A model generated the notes under the pieces. It was given only the letters and a program-made list of their open reading frames with translations. It was not told the origin of the DNA and did no database searches. A program made the position numbers and the translations under genes. From the human T2T-CHM13v2.0 reference genome, Homo sapiens: a DNA stretch of 64,000 nucleotides. Shown here in pieces: positions 58,115-64,000 of the stretch. How positions within the stretch are numbered: the first letter of the stretch is position 1; each line of letters starts with the position of its first letter. The stretch lies in assembly GCF_009914755.1 (NCBI RefSeq), contig NC_060929.1. The stretch is one strand, 5' to 3'.

Positions 58115-58796
58115 TGTATAGAGCACCCCTGACATAAGTGACTCTGTCTTAGGAAAAGACTCCATCTTACATTTCAAAGGCATCAAGCCAGCAGAGTCCA
58201 GATGTTCACCTAATCAATAGAGAAAATACGTAACCAGGTAAGAGTGTAGCCCCTTACTATCTCTCCTTATCAGAGGATTCAAGGGCCATAAAGTGAACAG
58301 GTCTTCACCAGGTGGACGTGGCCATCTCCATAGAGACCATCTTACTGTCCCTCATGATTAGCACCTGGCATCTGCTGCCAAAGGCTCTGTCCAAATCAAG
58401 GACACTTCCTTGCAAGATGCTGATGACCTTCCAGCTTAGCCCGAGACTCTCTCCTTGTCCACATCACCCTCCTCGGACTGGTTTGTTAGCCCGTTTCCTC
58501 TTGATGTTAAATGTTACTTTGATATGGAATGTTTAAGCTAAATATTTATATGTTGCTTAGGTAAACTACTATATATGGTTTGCGGTATTGACTGACCTGT
58601 GGAGTGGCTTCAGCCTGTGTACCCACAGCTCTGACTGCAAATTGAATAGATAGTACAAAGGAGAATTGCCGTCTTGGGAACTCCATGTAGCTTTTGGCTA
58701 TTATGATTGAAATAGCATAAGTAAAAGTCTGACCTTGTGGAAGGACACAAACGTGCACGGATCTAGTTTATGTCTGACCTTGTGCAGCTCACAACA
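58115..58796 (+). mobile_element. Solo MER90-like ERV1 LTR
   Basis: tgtatagagcacccctgacataagtgactc...aaagactccatcttacattt; ends acaaca; flanking direct repeat agatc at 58110-58114 and 58797-58801. Confidence 0.75.
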
Positions 58797-59490
58797 AGAT
58801 CTCAAGAGAATACCATTTCAAATTTTCCTAAATATTTAGGTAAGTTACTTTGACATACCTAGTTTCTATTGATCTTAAAGTATAATCCTAAATTATGGCT
58901 TTATATTTACAGGACGATCTCTGGGCTGATGTTGGCTAACCCACAATTTCTAGTTTTACACTACTTCAGATGATCTCCAGTTTTTTCAGAGTATGTGTCT
59001 CTCAAAAATTCTGAAAACAAATATGATAATATTCAGTTTGGTGTTTTAAAATTAGTGTTATGTTAGTGATAACTAACTCCAGTTTCAGATGGGTCTTCAA
59101 CTTGTTTTCTTCAGTCTCTGAAGAGCAGATATTGGTTGTTCTTGGATGTTCTCTTTGGTCTCATAGCTGTTTGAGGGCATTTTAAGGATGTGCCATGATA
59201 TTTAATAGATGAAGAACGGATCTAGGACTTGTGGGTGGGTGAGACATTGCTCCCTCTGAGTGGTAAGTTGCTGATGCACTAGTGCAGATGGGCACAAGTG
59301 CACAGTGGACAACCAATTGTCTTGAGGCCTGTGGGTGGTTCTAAGAAGGTGCTTGTGTGAAGGCTTTGTGGTTGAGTGCTCAGGATTGGATGGGACATGG
59401 CTTTTGGTGCTGCTCACCAGCACTTCCTAGACAGTGCCCACTGTTGTGCTCAATACCAGGCAGGGAGGAGTTGGTACAGATATAAGACCT

Positions 59491-59531
59491 TGTATTCATC
59501 AGGGTTCTCCAGAAAGACAGAATCAATTGGA

Positions 59532-59569
<38 letters not shown>

Positions 59570-59658
59570 ATGTATATTGATTCTGTCAGTTAGATTATAT
59601 ATATACACACACACACATATATACATATACACATTTATATATGTGAATGAGAGGGGAT

Positions 59659-59700
<42 letters not shown>

Positions 59701-60306
59701 TGAGAAGGGAATTTATATATATAATTTGAATGAGGGGGGATTACATATATGTATGAATGAGAGAGGATTTATTAAAAGAATTGGCTCACGCGATAAGGGA
59801 GTCTGAATTCTAAGTGCCACGACAGGCTATCTGCAAGCTTAAGAACCAGAGAAGCCAATAGCATAGCTCAGCCCAAGTCAGAAGTCTGGAGAACCAACGA
59901 ACTCCATGAACTCCATGGTGTAACTCTCAGTTTAAGGCTGAAGGCCAAGAGCCCTGGGAGGCCACTAGTACAAATCCTGAAGTCCAAAGGCTGATGAAGA
60001 ACATGGAGGTTTTATGTCCAAGGACAAGAGAAGGGCATCTCACTCCAGAAGAAAGAAGAGAGAGCTATAGACAGAGAAAGAGAAAGAGAGGGAATTTGCT
60101 TTTCTGCCTTTTTGTTCTATTGGGGCCCCCAGCTCATTGAATGGTGTTCACCCACATTGAAGGTGGATCTTCCTCACTCAGTTCACTGACTCACACACCA
60201 GTCTCCTCTAAAAACACCCTCACAGACACACAAAGAAACAATACTTCACCAGCCATCTAAGCATGCCTCTATGCAGTCAAGTTGACACCTAAAATTAACC
60301 ATCACA
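59491..60306 (-). mobile_element. Solo MLT2B/C/D-like LTR with an expanded internal STR
   Basis: tgtattcatcagggttctccag...caagttgacacctaaaattaaccatcaca. Confidence 0.9.
59533..59770. repeat. (GT)n/(TA)n/(CA)n microsatellites plus 4 copies of a tgaatgagaggggatt-like unit
   Basis: Directly visible. Confidence 0.9.
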
Positions 60307-60834
60307 GGTCTGACAACACCTTTGCTTGGCCTTATTTCCCTGTCTTCCCAGGATTCTCCCTTCCTTCTGCTCACACTAATACCCTCCCCCAAAGTCTTCT
60401 TTATTTTGTCTCTGAAAACCTTTTATCTTTTCTTTAGAGTAGACCTTCATGCTCCATTAAAACTAGAGCTGAGATCATTAGTAACCGAAAACCTATTCCC
60501 TTTCCCCCTTTCTTGGAGGCAGAAATGACAGAGCACTTATGTTTCAGGCTCTCTTTCCCTGGGTTCAGTGCTCCCAATAGGGAAGGAAAAAGTAAGTACT
60601 CATATTAAAGTGTTTGAAATTCAAAATTTTGTTACTCACTACCTTAAGGAGTCATAAAAGGTGGGGAGAACTAATGGTTGTTAAAATATTTTAAATGTTG
60701 AGAAGTATTGCTCAAAGATCTACTTTATTCTTTTTGTAGTTCTGATATTTCTCTATACAAGCTAGGAGTGATTTCTATCTCCTAAGAACTGTCAGAAGAA
60801 AAAAGAGGCTGCATTCCTCAACTATCCAAAATGT

Positions 60835-61100
60835 ATTACCTATATTTAGTTCAATAAACATTTTTAAGCCATGCTAAAGCTAGACTGTGCTGGAGAAATG
60901 AAAAATTCAGAGGTAAATAGGACATATTTTTTTTGTCCTGAAGAAGCTTAGTCTAGAAGACAAATTAGATTCTAAAGATAGTTGCAGCATGAAGAATATG
61001 GAACACAGGTGGGAAACATTACATCTTTGTGAATGAGAAAGGACTCCATGAAAGGAGGTGGCATCTGAAAGATTGAAGCACACATAAGATTTTGATAACT
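60835..61100 (-). mobile_element. L2 fragment
   Basis: ttcaataaacatttttaagc...gactgtgctgg...gcttagtctag. Confidence 0.6.
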
Positions 61101-61129
61101 GGAGATTTCTGTTTCTACTTAGGAGATGC

Positions 61130-61646
61130 TGTGATTGTCTCCTCTATATTCATCCCATACACCTTCTATTCGGGTGATAACAGTGGAGTTTGAAGGGGAT
61201 TGATCCTATCCTTGATCTCTCAATATGCTCTTATTGGGCCAACTTAGTGTAACCCTGTTCCCTTTTTAATTAATTCAGGTAACCCAGACTAAAATCATTT
61301 TGCTGGACCACAGATATCAGTTGAATTTGCATAAATCTCAGACATTTTTTGGAATTTCAGGACATTTATCCTGCATTACCTTTAGATGCTAGTTACTCTA
61401 ATGTACTGCTGTAAAGCAGGAAGATATAGATGCTACACCTAACTGGGAAGCAAGCCTAAGGACAAAGCTGATAGACAGTAGAAAGAAAGGCAGAAAAATG
61501 AACCTTAGTACTCATCTAATACACATATGAAACTTGAAATACTTTAACATCTTTTGGTTAAATAAGTAGATAAATTTACTTAACTATTTAGGCCCATTCA
61601 AACTGGGATTTCTGTACTTGGAACTAAAAATATTGTAAATGATACA
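61130..61646 (+). mobile_element. Old MLT1L/K-like LTR
   Basis: Ends ctgggatttctgtacttggaactaaaaatattgtaaatgataca. Confidence 0.5.
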
Positions 61647-61879
61647 AAACAGGGAAGAGGTTGGTATTTCATAGTTTAGGTTCAAGAAACATTATAATAA
61701 ACAAAGACTAGGAGATGAGTTGTATCACAATTTGGCAGTACCAGGGTCAGGAATGGCAGACTAAATTTGAGAATTAGAATTATACAACTGAATAGAAATG
61801 TAAAGATCATTCATTTAGCACCTTCCTTTGTCATATGAGGAAAGGGAGGGTCAGAGATCCTGAATGACTTTTCTTGTGT

Positions 61880-62605
61880 AGGCAAGGTTGATCATAGAAG
61901 TCACCAATCTGTTTCCTGGACCCCATCTGCCTCCTCACTTGTTTATCATCAGTGTGCCCACATCCAGACCAGTCTGTCTGGTAGACTGGTAGCTCCTCCT
62001 CAATCTCCCACATTCTTTTTCATACTCAATTAGGACAGAGCTCATCATTTTTGCCCAAACATTTGCCCCTCCTTCTATGTTCTTCTTCAGTTGCTTAAGA
62101 TAGAAATGTGCTTTTTTTCTTCTCGTCTAAACATTCTTCTTGTGTGATCCAGGCACATATCTTCCACTAACACCTATATCCTCATAACTACCAAATATAC
62201 AGTCTGAAACCCATGATTTTAGAAGCTTGTGTACAACTTCCATTTTTCACTGGAAGGCCCCAGAAATGTATAGAACTGAACATATTCTAAATGCATTAAC
62301 TACCTCCCCATTTGTAAAGAGCAATTATAGCAGACAAGTGGATCCACTTGACAGATATCTGGGATTCATTCTTAGTACCTTTTCTTTCTTAACTAACCTC
62401 TCCATTCCCATTATCCTGTTGATCAAAACAATCGCCTTTAAATTTTTAGAATCCGTTCCTTTTTCCCCACCCACAGACTTTGCCTTTATTCGGATCATAA
62501 ACATTTTTTCCCTAAATTAGAAATAGAAGCAGTTGGTCACCTTGCTTCCAGTCTTGTGTTGCTTACAGTCTGTCCCTTCCACAACCATCAGAGATTTTCC
62601 TAAAG
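61880..62605 (+). mobile_element. L2 fragments
   Basis: gagctcatcatttttgcccaaac..., cttgcttccagtcttg... motifs. Confidence 0.5.
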
Positions 62606-62609
62606 GGAT

Positions 62610-64000
62610 ATTTTAGGTAACACTGTAGTGGCTCTGGATACTGATTTTCTCTTCCCATAAGGGTGTTGTTTGCTTGGTCATTTGTTTATTTGTTTATGAC
62701 TTGGCTGAAGTCTATTTCCCCTACAGTGCTTGCCCTCTAATGTTCCCGATCAGATTTTTTTCCCCTTGTTTTTATCTTTTGTCTTTTAATTTAATTTAAT
62801 TTAATTTAGTTTAATTTTATTTTATTTTATTTTATTTATTTTTATCTTTTATTGTACCCAGGGCCCAGCATGAGCCTTTTATTTGTCAAAGGTTGTGTGT
62901 AAGTCCCTTTGACTAGGTGAGTTTTTAACCTTTCCTGGTGTGTGTGTCTTGCTGGTATACAATTCAGGGGATTTATGTTGGTTTTGTTTGTTTGTTTTGC
63001 ACCCGTGGCTAGCCTGGAGATAGTAGCTTGGAGATTCCCCTTCTGATTGCCTTGAGAGGGCACAACTTGGGAATGCACACAGTCTTCCAGACCTGCCAAG
63101 AATGACTGTGCTGTTATTTTTAAGCCTGGCTTCCTAAGAGTTGCCCCAGGCAAGGTAACTTATTGTTTGATCACTATTTAGTCAGAAGTTGTGCATAAGC
63201 TCCTTATGCCAAAGAGAATTCCACCCAGTGTTGGTGGGTCTATGTGTGGCTTGGGATGTCTTTCCGGTCTGTCCCACCTGCCGTGACTCCTCTTGAGTAG
63301 GAGCAGCCCAGCACATATGCACTGCCTTTCTGACACCAAGAGTTAGCACCCAGCAGTGCTCTCCTGGCTTTCTCTTCATCCAGCTCTCTCCATTAAACTG
63401 GCCACTCTGCCATTTTGTTTGTATCCTGGAGCTACCATAATTGCTCTTCACCAAGTTCTCCATTGCTTCTGACAGTGCCTTTAGGCATGGAGCTTTCCAC
63501 TTTTTGTTATGAATAAGTCAGCCAAGTCAGGCAGAGCTGCAGAGGTTTTTATTCTTAGGGCATTCCTTTCCCCCTGGGAGCAGAGTTCTGCCTTCCCAGA
63601 GTGACACTCTGCTCTTTGACTGGGTACTGGGAAGGAGGGTAGCCCCTGCTCTTCACAGCTTGCACCACCCCCACATGGAAGCTCTGTTTTACAGATGAAT
63701 GCGAGTGTGGGTGATGGGGCCCAGCATTCTCTGTGTGTCATGACTGGACTAGAGCATCTGTCCTACAAGCTGGGGCTGGATGAGGGAGGAGATACCCCAT
63801 CCTGTTGGACTGGAATAAAACTACAACACGGGGATCACGGTGAAGAAAAACACTAGCAGCCTTCTCCTTCCAGGCTAAAATCATGGCCACAGACTACTGG
63901 GAGCTGAGGGAAAGAACTCTGTCCCCACCCCTGTTTCCCCCATCTTCTTGGCTACATAAACAAGGAGAAGCTCTTTTAGAACATGGAACTGCTTGTGAGT
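62610..64000 (-). mobile_element. Ancient L1M 5'UTR-type region
   Basis: gaagtctatttcccc, gggcccagcatgagcc, gcacacagtcttccagac and ttttaagcctggcttcc motifs typical of old L1M 5' ends. Confidence 0.6.

Overview
Primate (probably human/hominoid) non-coding genomic DNA, intergenic or deep intronic. It is dominated by interspersed repeats: about 14 Alu/FLAM copies, L1s from ancient L1M to L1PA4-like, MaLR/ERVL/ERV1 LTRs, L2/MIR and hAT/Tigger remnants, plus STRs. I recognise no host protein-coding gene, RNA gene, CpG-island promoter or CRISPR-like array. The ORFs I can assign come from L1 ORF1/ORF2, an ERVL reverse-transcriptase relic, Alus or simple repeats, and I found no convincing novel multi-gene system. 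The best unexplained signals are structural or regulatory. (1) An ancient inversion breaking a MER58 and its host L1, with an inverted duplication and template-switch scar (29.2-30.4 kb). (2) An exact 23-bp direct repeat 1.2 kb apart beside a CArG+TEAD module (50.2-51.4 kb). (3) An L1PA7-like insertion with a probable 3' transduction and a large internal deletion. (4) An AluY inserted at the centre of a 22-bp perfect palindrome. (5) A 62-bp tandem duplication next to a hairpin. (6) Several homotypic TF-motif clusters in unique DNA. Repeat subfamily names are recalled from consensus sequences and need RepeatMasker/Dfam confirmation; boundaries of old repeats are approximate.
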